A stretch of DNA of 16,134 nt, from NCBI GenBank assembly GCA_964534375.1, contig CAZHPN010000145.1, forward strand, positions 1 to 16,134, written 5' to 3'. The position numbers and the translations under genes were made by a program. Under the pieces are notes generated by a model. It was given only the letters and a program-made list of their open reading frames with translations, had not been told where the DNA came from and made no database searches. Below are positions 7,020 through 14,247 of this stretch, in pieces (position 1 is the first letter of the stretch; the number at the start of each line of letters is the position of its first letter). This DNA comes from an uncultured bacterium. GTDB taxonomy: Bacteria > Lernaellota > Lernaellaia > Lernaellales > Lernaellaceae.

Positions 7020-8519
7020 ATGTCGATTGCCGAAACGTATCAACAAGTCATCGCCTGGAGCAAGGATGTTTCCCTGGCCGGCGCCATTTTCGAAATGCTC
7101 GATTGGGACCTACAGGTCAACCTGCCGAAGAAAGGCTTCGCGCGGCGCAGCGACCAACTGGCCTGGATTCAGGGCCAGCGCCATCGCCGGCTGACCGACA
7201 AAGAGATGGTCGCGAAGGTCTACGAGCTTGCCGACCGGATGAACGAACTGGACGCCGACGCGCAGGTGAACGTCCGCGAATGGAAACGGGCGCTCGATCG
7301 CGCGACGAAAGCGCCCGTGGAATTGGTCGAAGAGATCGCCCGCCACAACAGCCTCACGCAGGGCGTGTGGATCGAGGCGCGCAAGAACAGCGACTTCGCG
7401 AAATTTGCGCCGTATCTCGAAAAAACGGTCGATTTGCAAAAGCAGTTGGCGAGCGCGTGGGGCTTCGCGCGGCCGTACGACGGCCTGCTCGACGCCAACG
7501 AGCCGTTCGCGACCGAGGCGTCGATCCGCGCGCTGCTCGACGATTTGAAAGCGCGCCTTGTGCCGTTCCTGCACCGGATTTTCGGCGCCAAGCAGTACGA
7601 CGCCTCGCCGATCGTCGGCCGCAATTTCCCCGTCGACAAGCAGCGCGAATTTGGCCTGGCGGTGATCGGCAAGCTCGGCTTCGACTTCGACGGCGGGCGG
7701 CAGGATGTGTCGGCGCATCCGTTCTGCACCGGCACGAAGGGCGACGTGCGCATCACCTCGCGCTTTTTCGCCGACGATCCGCGGCCGAGCCTGTTCGGCA
7801 TGATCCACGAGGCCGGCCACGCGATGTACGAGCAGGGGCTGCCCGACGACCGTCTGGGCACGCCGTTGGGCGAATCCGTATCGCTCGGCGTGCACGAAAG
7901 CCAGAGCCGGTTCTGGGAAAACATCGTCGGCCGCAGCATCCCGATGTGGCGTTATTTTTATCCGGAAATCAAAAAGGCGTTCCCCGCCGCGCTCGGCGAC
8001 GTGCCGTTGGAGACGTTCCATCGCTGCGTCAACGTCGTCGCGCCGTCGCTAATTCGCGTCGAGGCCGACGAGGCGACCTACAACCTGCACATCATCTTGC
8101 GCTTCGAGATCGAACGCGCGCTGCTCGCCGGCGAACTGCGGGTCGCCGACCTGCCGGCCGCGTGGAACGCGAAGATGAAGGAATACCTCGACATCGCCGT
8201 GCCGAACGACGCCGAGGGCGTGCTGCAGGATGTGCACTGGTCGCTCGGTTCGCTGGGCTATTTCCCGACCTATACGATCGGCACGCTGTACGGCGCGCAA
8301 CTGTGGGACAAGATCCGCGCCGACATGCCCGGCCTCGAAGCGCTGATCGCCCGCGGCGAGTTTGCGCCGCTGCTGGAATGGCTGCGGCAGCACATCCACC
8401 GTTACGGCAAACGCTACGGCGGCGACGAGCTGATCGAGCGCGCGACGGGCAAGAAACCGACTGCCGAACCGTTCATGAATTATCTGCGCGAGAAATTCGG
8501 GCCGTTGTACGGCGTGTGA
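7020..8519 (+). CDS. M32 family metallocarboxypeptidase (carboxypeptidase Taq type), 499 aa
   Basis: HPF, DVRIT, HEAGH (HExxH), HESQSRFWEN, IRVEADE, GVLQDVHW and GYFPTY signature motifs; AAGGAG RBS, 12 bp after the upstream stop. Confidence 0.96.
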   Translation: MSIAETYQQVIAWSKDVSLAGAIFEMLDWDLQVNLPKKGFARRSDQLAWIQGQRHRRLTDKEMVAKVYELADRMNELDADAQVNVREWKRALDRATKAPVELVEEIARHNSLTQGVWIEARKNSDFAKFAPYLEKTVDLQKQLASAWGFARPYDGLLDANEPFATEASIRALLDDLKARLVPFLHRIFGAKQYDASPIVGRNFPVDKQREFGLAVIGKLGFDFDGGRQDVSAHPFCTGTKGDVRITSRFFADDPRPSLFGMIHEAGHAMYEQGLPDDRLGTPLGESVSLGVHESQSRFWENIVGRSIPMWRYFYPEIKKAFPAALGDVPLETFHRCVNVVAPSLIRVEADEATYNLHIILRFEIERALLAGELRVADLPAAWNAKMKEYLDIAVPNDAEGVLQDVHWSLGSLGYFPTYTIGTLYGAQLWDKIRADMPGLEALIARGEFAPLLEWLRQHIHRYGKRYGGDELIERATGKKPTAEPFMNYLREKFGPLYGV

Positions 8520-8546
8520 GAAGGTTGTTGGCTGTTTCCCGCCGTG

Positions 8547-9296
8547 TCACCGAAACCGCGGCATCGCTTTGCTTTCCAGCAGATCGACGACCCGCGGCAG
8601 GGTCGTCCCGACCGGGCCGTGAAGGACGAGATCGGCTTGCGGCGTCAGCGGCGTCGGCTCGAGATTGAACTCCGCCACGACGGCGCCGCCTTGCCTCGCA
8701 ACCGCCGCCAATGCCGCCGCCGGCTGCACCATGCTGCTCGTGCCGATGACGAGGTAAACGTCGCAGTTCTCGACCGCCCGCGCGGCCTCGCCCAGGCGCG
8801 TCACGGGTTCGCCGAACCAGACGACGCCCGGCCGCAGCAGGCCGCCGCACCGCTGGCAATATGCCGGGAACGCGACCTGGCCGCTGTGCTGCGGATGCTC
8901 GCTGCCGCAGTGCGCGCAACGCGTCGCGAAAATGTTGCCGTGCAGTTCGATGACGTTTTTGCCGCCGGCCCGCTGGCAGAGGCGGTCGACGTTTTGCGTG
9001 ACGTGCGCGAAGGCGGGCGCGAGCCGTTCCAGCCGCGCCAGGGCCGTATGCGCCGCATTCGGCGCGCAGGCCAGCGCCCGCTCGCGGCGCAGGTTGTAGA
9101 ACTCCCAGACGTGCGCCGGGTCGCGTTCGAACGCCTCCGGCGTCGCGATTTCGTACGGATCGAATTTGGCCCACAGGCCATCGGCGCCGCGAAACGTCGG
9201 CACGCCGCTTTCGGCCGACAGACCCGCGCCCGACAGCGCCGCGACGCGATAGGCGTTGCGCAGCGCGGCGGCCAATTCGACGGCTGGATCGCTCAT
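8547..9296 (-). CDS. cobB: NAD-dependent protein deacylase, class III sirtuin, 249 aa
   Basis: ATG at 9296 with GGAG upstream. GAGLSAESGVPTFRG, VWEFYNLRR (YxxR), PNAAH, TQNVD, ELHG, CAHC...CQRC zinc ribbon, LRPGVVWFGE, GTS. Confidence 0.95.
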   Translation of the reverse strand: MSDPAVELAAALRNAYRVAALSGAGLSAESGVPTFRGADGLWAKFDPYEIATPEAFERDPAHVWEFYNLRRERALACAPNAAHTALARLERLAPAFAHVTQNVDRLCQRAGGKNVIELHGNIFATRCAHCGSEHPQHSGQVAFPAYCQRCGGLLRPGVVWFGEPVTRLGEAARAVENCDVYLVIGTSSMVQPAAALAAVARQGGAVVAEFNLEPTPLTPQADLVLHGPVGTTLPRVVDLLESKAMPRFR

Positions 9297-9361
9297 GTGC
9301 GGCTCCGGCATTCGGCGGGCGGCGTTGCGGAATTTCTCATCGGCTTCGCTCGCATTTCGGG

Positions 9362-9627
9362 TCAGCCGCGCGGCGCCGGCAAGGCGATCAGTTCGGCGAA
9401 CCCTTCGAGGATGGCCGCCAACTCGTCGGCCGACAGCCGGCCGCAGCGCGCGCCAAAACGTTCGGTCGAAATCGTGCGCACCTGGCTCATTTTGACCCAC
9501 GACGGCTTCGGCATCTTGATCGACTTGAAAGGCTGACGACCAGCACCGGCCGCTTTCCCGCCTGTTCATGACCCTCTGACGGATCGAAATCCGCGCACAA
9601 GGTCTCGCCCCTCAATATACGGGCCAT
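9362..9627 (-). pseudogene. mazF: PemK/MazF-family toxin pseudogene (internal deletion with frameshift)
   Basis: From ATG 9627: MARILRGETLCADFDPSEGHEQAGKRPVLVVS (G-x-EQ...RP-hydrophobic-S signature). From 9529 in another frame: FKSIKMPKPSWVKMSQVRTISTERFGARCGRLSADELAAILEGFAELIALPAPRG* (Q-x-RT-x-S-x-x-R signature). The central segment expected in MazF proteins is absent. Confidence 0.85.
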
Positions 9628-9692
9628 GTCTCGACCTCGACAGACTCCTCGGCGAGGGATTTCTCCTCGGCCGGATCCAACTTGGCGCATTT
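9612..9692 (-). pseudogene. C-terminal remnant of the cognate antitoxin (probably ribbon-helix-helix type)
   Basis: KCAKLDPAEEKSLAEESVEVETWPVY* overlaps the toxin start by 16 nt (TGG CCC GTA TAT TGA vs ATG GCC CGT ATA TTG). It resembles the acidic CAKLDP..E..LAEE....WP.Y tails I recall from antitoxins paired with MARILRG-type MazF. No start codon or N-terminal domain is evident. Confidence 0.7.
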
Positions 9693-10797
9693 CGTCGCCT
9701 TTTTGTCAACGACGGCGGACCGAAACGCGCGGTGTCGGGGCAGTCCCAGAATTTTGCGGGCATACGCCGGCAGCGCCACGTCGGACAAGTCCGCGTTCGG
9801 ATCGAGCCAGCGGCGCCGCCGCCCGCGGAGCTTCGCCGCCGGCGAACAATCGTAGGCCTCGACCACCAGCCGGCGATGGCTCAAGTCGTGACGGACGGTC
9901 CGCCGCCGGCCGACGAGAAAGTCGGCGCCGAATTGCGCGCGAAGTTGCTCGGCCAGCCACTCCTTTTTCTGCGCGGCCGTCAGGCGGCGCGGTGCGGCGA
10001 ACTCCGGCGCCGTCCACATGCCGCCGAACAGACCCTCGCGAGGGTTTTGGACGACGAGCAGCCGGCCGCGTGCGTCGCGGACGACCGCCGCAAGCAGGGC
10101 CACCGTCTTGGAGGCGGCGGCCTTCCCACGGCGTGGAAAATCACCGACGCGGTCTTCGGCGAAGGCGCGGCACGATTTGCGCAGCGGACAGCGCGGGCAG
10201 AGCGGCGTCGCGGGGCGGCAGATCAGCGCGCCCAATTCCATCAGGCCCTCGTTGAACGCGCGCGGCTTCGCCCGCGGCAACAATTCGCCCGCGAGCCGCC
10301 ACAACCGGCGCCGTGTGCGCGGCGCGCGAACGTCGCCCTCGATCGCGAAGAGCCGCGACAGCACGCGCGCGACGTTGCCGTCGAGAAGCGGCGCCGGCCG
10401 ATCGAACGCGAGCGAGGCGATCGCGCCGGCGGTGTAGGGGCCGATGCCCGGCAACGTTTGCAATTCGCCGACGTCGGCGGGCAGCGCGCCGCCGCGCCGC
10501 CGCGTGCAACTGCCGCGCGCGGCGGTAATAGCCCAGCCCCGACCACAACGCGAGCACATCGTCGAGCGGCGCCGCGGCCAGCGCCGCGACGTTGGGAAAG
10601 CGGGCGACGAAGCGCTCGAAATAAGGCACGACCGTCGCCACGCGGGTTTGCTGCGCCATGATTTCGCTGATCCAGACGCGATACGGCGTGCGCTCGGCGC
10701 GCCACGGCAGCGGCCGGGCGTGGCGGGCGAACCAGCGGACGACGGCATTGGCGACTGCGCGGCGGAGGGCGGGCGAGGGCGAGGCGGCGGCACTCAT
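9612..10797 (-). pseudogene. mutY: A/G-specific adenine glycosylase MutY, split by a frameshift at ~10494
   Basis: Frame A (10797-10495): [39 protein letters not shown]. Frame B (10493-9612): [22 protein letters not shown] (HhH), [24 protein letters not shown]-x6-C-x2-C-x5-C Fe-S motif, NUDIX-like C-terminus. Could be an assembly error rather than a true pseudogene. Confidence 0.9.
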
Positions 10798-10983
10798 CCG
10801 GTCAGTCTACTCATTCCGCGCGCAGGCCGCGACCCGCGGGGATTGGATGATCCCAGGCGCGCGCGACGCGCCGGCTCGCGGACCAAGCGCGTGATTTTTT
10901 TCCACGGGCCGCGGCGGGTGGTTTGCGTTGCCGCTGGGCATAGGTTATGAACACGCCATGACCTTTTCCGGCAAGGATTCGGC

Positions 10984-11745
10984 ATGCCCGAGAACCTGAT
11001 CGTCATCATGGTCGTGGTCGTGGCCCTCGAAACCGTGATGCCGCTGGCGCCGGCGTTGTGGTGCTATTGGAAGACCGACGGCAGTTGGCGCTATTTCTTT
11101 TATGGTATGGCGACGTTCTTCATCTTTCAGGGGATTCTCCGCATCCCCGTCGTGTCGGCGGCGCAGATGCTGCTCGCCGGGTGGATTCACAAATACACGG
11201 TCGTGGAAGCGTCCTGGATGCTCATTCTCGCCGTCAGCGCGGGCTTCTTTGAAGAAGGCGGCCGGTACGTCGTTTTGCGGCACGTGCTGAAGCCGCCGCA
11301 TCGCTGGGAAAACGGCGTGATGTTCGGTCTCGGCCACGGCGCGATGGAAGTGCTGCTGATCGGCGTCGGCGGCCTCGTTGGCAGCCTCATCGTTCTCAAC
11401 ACCCCGACCGAAAACCTGCCGGCGTCCGTCGCGGCGGTCAAAGTGCAAATCGAGACCACGCCGCTCTACATGCCCCTGGTCAGCGGCTTCGAACGCGGGC
11501 CGGCGATCATTGCCCACGTCGCGTTGACGCTGCTGGTCCTGCGGGCGCTGCGCGACCCGGCCGGGCCGAAACGCTGGCTGCTGACCGCGATCGGCGCGCA
11601 CTCTCTGCTCAATTTCGTCACTGTCGGCGTCATGCGGGTCGTCAACGTTTTCGTCGCCGAGGGCCTGCTGGCGATCGTCGGCGGCTTCGCGCTTTGGTGG
11701 TTGCTGCGCGAGAGACGTTTTTCTTCGAAAAACTTGTTGACATAA
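10984..11745 (+). CDS. yhfC: YhfC-family (PrsW-related) glutamic-type intramembrane protease, 253 aa
   Basis: Multiple TM helices with AGFFEEGGRY (EExxR), FGLGHGAME, FER, AHVAL and AIGAH motifs; AAGGA RBS. Confidence 0.82.
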   Translation: MPENLIVIMVVVVALETVMPLAPALWCYWKTDGSWRYFFYGMATFFIFQGILRIPVVSAAQMLLAGWIHKYTVVEASWMLILAVSAGFFEEGGRYVVLRHVLKPPHRWENGVMFGLGHGAMEVLLIGVGGLVGSLIVLNTPTENLPASVAAVKVQIETTPLYMPLVSGFERGPAIIAHVALTLLVLRALRDPAGPKRWLLTAIGAHSLLNFVTVGVMRVVNVFVAEGLLAIVGGFALWWLLRERRFSSKNLLT

Positions 11746-11765
11746 CCGATAACGCGTCTTATTAT
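11737..11765 (+). promoter_or_regulatory. Near-consensus sigma70 promoter overlapping the yhfC stop codon
   Basis: TTGACA (11737-11742), 17 nt, TATTAT (11760-11765): 11/12 consensus match with ideal spacing in a GC-rich genome. Confidence 0.75.
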
Positions 11766-11771
11766 TCGATT

Positions 11772-11890
11772 AAGAAAAGCAAGCTGGCGTCTGTTGCAAG
11801 AACGAACAACTTCGATTTTCCGACCCACCCCGTTACTAACCCATCCGATACGCCAGCTTGCTTGCTATTTAACGGCCGTTGCCCTTTTTT
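11772..11890 (+). ncRNA. Candidate structured small RNA (~120 nt), family unknown
   Basis: Begins at the predicted TSS of the 11737 promoter. AAGCAAGCTGGCGT (11777-11790) is perfectly complementary to ACGCCAGCTTGCTT (11850-11863), enclosing a 59-nt loop with C-rich tracts; ends in GGC-CGTT-GCC followed by C and T6. No credible ORF. Confidence 0.5.
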
Positions 11891-11919
11891 GCGTCGCTTC
11901 CAACAAGTGAAACGAAAAT

Positions 11920-11935
11920 ATTGAAAGCGTTCAAT
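11920..11935. promoter_or_regulatory. Palindromic candidate transcription-factor operator
   Basis: ATTGAA-AGCG-TTCAAT, ending 28 nt upstream of the -35 box at 11964. Confidence 0.4.
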
Positions 11936-11963
11936 CGCGGATTGCGGGATCGTTGCGTCGGCG

Positions 11964-11993
11964 TGGACTTTCCGGCGGCGCGCCTCCTATAAT
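11964..11993 (+). promoter_or_regulatory. Putative sigma70 promoter of the glycosyltransferase operon
   Basis: TGGACT (11964-11969), 18 nt, perfect TATAAT (11988-11993), followed by GAGG (12007-12010) and an in-frame TTG at 12016. Confidence 0.6.
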
Positions 11994-12015
11994 TGCGCGA
12001 ATTGACGAGGCAACC

Positions 12016-14247
12016 TTGCTGCACATTCCGCGCCCGATTTTGCTGACCTTGACCGGGTTTGCCGTGTTGGCCGTTTACCTCGCGGCCATGGCCCCCGGCG
12101 TGTTCTGGCGCGACAGCATGGAGTGCTGTTTCATCGGCCACCAACTCGACATCGGGCACCCGGCCGGCTCGCCCGCGTACTCGCTGCTCGCCAAGGCGCT
12201 GAGCTTCCTGCCGCTGGGCTCGCTCGCCTGGCGGGCCAATCTGCTGTGCGTGCTCGGGGCGTGGGCGGCCGCGATTTTGATGTGGTTTGCGGTTGCACGC
12301 TGGTTGGCGTTTTTGCGGCTGGCCGAGCCGCCCGACGCCGGGCTGCTCGCCGCGGCGGCAGCGCTGGCCTTCGCGTTTTCCGAGTCGTTGTGGGCATGGT
12401 CGGCGACGGCCAAAGTCTATTCGCTGCGGGCCGCCGCGCTGGCGGGTTTGCTCTGGCTCGCGGCGGAGGCGCTCGACGGCGGGCTCGACGACCCACGCTG
12501 GGCGGCGACGATCGGCCTGCTGCTCGGCGTCGCGGCCGGAGTGCACATCGTCTTCGTGCTCTACGCGCCGGCGTTCGGCGTCGCGCTGATTTTCGGCCCG
12601 CGTTGGCGCGTGCGGTGGCGCGGCGGGGCGCTGATGCTGCTCTTTTTCTTCGTCGGCTTTTCGGTGTACGCCTATCTGCCGGCGCGGGCGCTGCACGGCC
12701 TGCCGTACGATCAGGGCAATCCGCAAACGTGGCCGGCGTTCGTCGCGCACATCACCGGCCGGCAATACGCGCACATCATTCACCGCTTCCCCTGGGCGCG
12801 CATCCTGCACCACCTGCGCCTCGCCGCCGGCTGGACGTTCCGCGAAATCAACCCGCTGCTGGCCGCCGCGGCCGTCGCCGGCGCGATCGCGGTCGCCCGC
12901 CGCTCGCCGCGCGCGTTGGCGTTGATCGTTTTGGTTGCGCTCGGCCACCTGTACCTGTACATCAAGGATTGGGCGACGGCTTTCGGCTATATCACCATTT
13001 ATCAATTGACCGCGGTGCTCGGCGGTCTTGGCTTGGCCGCGCTCTGGCGGCCCGCGGCGAGACGGCTGGCGCCGTCGGCCGCGGCGCCGGCGCTGGCGCT
13101 CGTGGCGGCGGCGATGGGCGTCTGGGGCGCGGCCGGCCATGGGTCGGCCTGCTGCCGCAACGAGCACGACCTGGCGCAGCGGCACGGCGCCGGCGTGCTG
13201 GATTCGCTGCCGCTGAACGCGATTCTCGTCGGCTATTGGGACTGGACGGCGCACAATGTCTTTTTCCAACAGCTCATCGAACGACAGCGGCCCGACGTGC
13301 AATTCCTCCCGCGCGTCTGGCTGCTGTTTCCCGATGAACTCGCCCGCCGGCTGCCGGCGTGGGATTTACGCGGCTACGACCCGGCGACCCCGTTTGCCGC
13401 GCAGAAAATGCTGCTGGCGAACGATAAGGGCGGCGGCGTGTATTGGGACCTGGGCATGGAAGAGCAGCCGCTCGTCGAGCCGGCGGACCTGACGCCGCAC
13501 GGCGCCGTGTTTCGGCTGGGCGCCGCGCCGTGGGATGGCCGCGAAACCGCCGACGATCGGCGGCTGTGGCGCGACGTTTTCGGACCGATTCTGGCCAGTC
13601 CGCTCGTCGCGCCGCGCGGCTACGATTGGACCGCGGCCGACGTGTACGCCCACATTCTTCAGGCGCGCGCCGAACTGCACGCGCTCGGCGGCCGCTGGGA
13701 AGCGGCCGAACGCGATGCGGCGGCGGCGATTGCGGCGGAGCCCGATTTCGCCGAGTTTCGCGCGTTTCTCGGCAAGCTCTACCTGGCCCAAAATCGGTTG
13801 CCGGAGGCGGCGGAGAAAACCGCCGAGGCGGTGCGGCTCGACCCGTATTGCGCGCACTGCTGGGCGATCGAGGCGCAGGTCGCCCGACGGCGGCAGGACC
13901 CGGCGGGCGCGATCGACGATTACCTGGCGGCGCGCCGCTTGCAGTCGCTCGAGGCTGCCGACGCGGTCGACCTCGCGGGTTTGCTCTTCGCCGGCCGGCG
14001 CATCGACGAGATGTTCCAGATCATCGCCGAGACCGAGCGCAACCCGCTGGATGCGGCCGCCCAAGGGGCATTTGACGAATTGGCCGCACGGGCCTACGCC
14101 GCGCGCGGACAGTGCCCGCAGGCGCTCGCGCGCCTGACGCGCCTGCAGGCCGCCCACCCCGAGAGCGGGACGATCGCCGCGGTGCAACAGGCCTGTGGCG
14201 CGCCGGGCGAAAATCACATAAAGTCGGCGCCCGATGAGCCACATTGA
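12016..14247 (+). CDS. DUF2723 / TMEM260-like GT-C membrane glycosyltransferase with C-terminal TPR-like repeats (~743 aa)
   Basis: MAPGVFWRDSME...LDIGHPAGSPAYSLLAKALSFLPLGSLAWRANLL and FSESLWAWSATAKVYSL match the DUF2723 pattern (AP...DS.E...HP.G.P.Y...R.N; FS...W......EVY.L). Roughly 10 hydrophobic segments, LDSLPLNAIL, ERQRPDV, then TPR-like helices (AIAAEPDFAEFRAFLGKLY, AVRLDP). Start moved to TTG 12016 on RBS and promoter evidence. Confidence 0.8.
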   Translation: MLHIPRPILLTLTGFAVLAVYLAAMAPGVFWRDSMECCFIGHQLDIGHPAGSPAYSLLAKALSFLPLGSLAWRANLLCVLGAWAAAILMWFAVARWLAFLRLAEPPDAGLLAAAAALAFAFSESLWAWSATAKVYSLRAAALAGLLWLAAEALDGGLDDPRWAATIGLLLGVAAGVHIVFVLYAPAFGVALIFGPRWRVRWRGGALMLLFFFVGFSVYAYLPARALHGLPYDQGNPQTWPAFVAHITGRQYAHIIHRFPWARILHHLRLAAGWTFREINPLLAAAAVAGAIAVARRSPRALALIVLVALGHLYLYIKDWATAFGYITIYQLTAVLGGLGLAALWRPAARRLAPSAAAPALALVAAAMGVWGAAGHGSACCRNEHDLAQRHGAGVLDSLPLNAILVGYWDWTAHNVFFQQLIERQRPDVQFLPRVWLLFPDELARRLPAWDLRGYDPATPFAAQKMLLANDKGGGVYWDLGMEEQPLVEPADLTPHGAVFRLGAAPWDGRETADDRRLWRDVFGPILASPLVAPRGYDWTAADVYAHILQARAELHALGGRWEAAERDAAAAIAAEPDFAEFRAFLGKLYLAQNRLPEAAEKTAEAVRLDPYCAHCWAIEAQVARRRQDPAGAIDDYLAARRLQSLEAADAVDLAGLLFAGRRIDEMFQIIAETERNPLDAAAQGAFDELAARAYAARGQCPQALARLTRLQAAHPESGTIAAVQQACGAPGENHIKSAPDEPH

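Noticed and set aside
6113..8668. 851-aa alternative-frame ORF
   Set aside because: Arg/Ala/Gly-rich off-frame translation overlapping two well-supported genes.
9297..9569. 91-aa N-terminal extension of the sirtuin ORF
   Set aside because: It overlaps the MazF remnant in another frame; an RBS and family-typical start lie at 9296.
8547..9627. Sir2-based anti-phage defence system (Thoeris/DSR-like) with toxin
   Set aside because: The sirtuin is a canonical zinc-binding CobB-type deacylase rather than a SIR2 NADase effector, and the toxin gene is broken.
10480..10510. Programmed ribosomal frameshift in mutY
   Set aside because: No slippery heptamer, and several codons appear to be missing, which recoding could not restore.
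11777..11863. Retron msr-msd (a1/a2 repeats), tRNA or MITE interpretation of the 14-bp inverted repeat
   Set aside because: No reverse transcriptase in the window and no long msd hairpin; TTCGATT is not flanked by a T-stem and no cloverleaf forms; no target-site duplication seen.
11694..11924. 76-aa ORF across the yhfC downstream spacer
   Set aside because: Starts inside yhfC upstream of the predicted promoter, with no evident RBS, atypical codon usage and no motifs.
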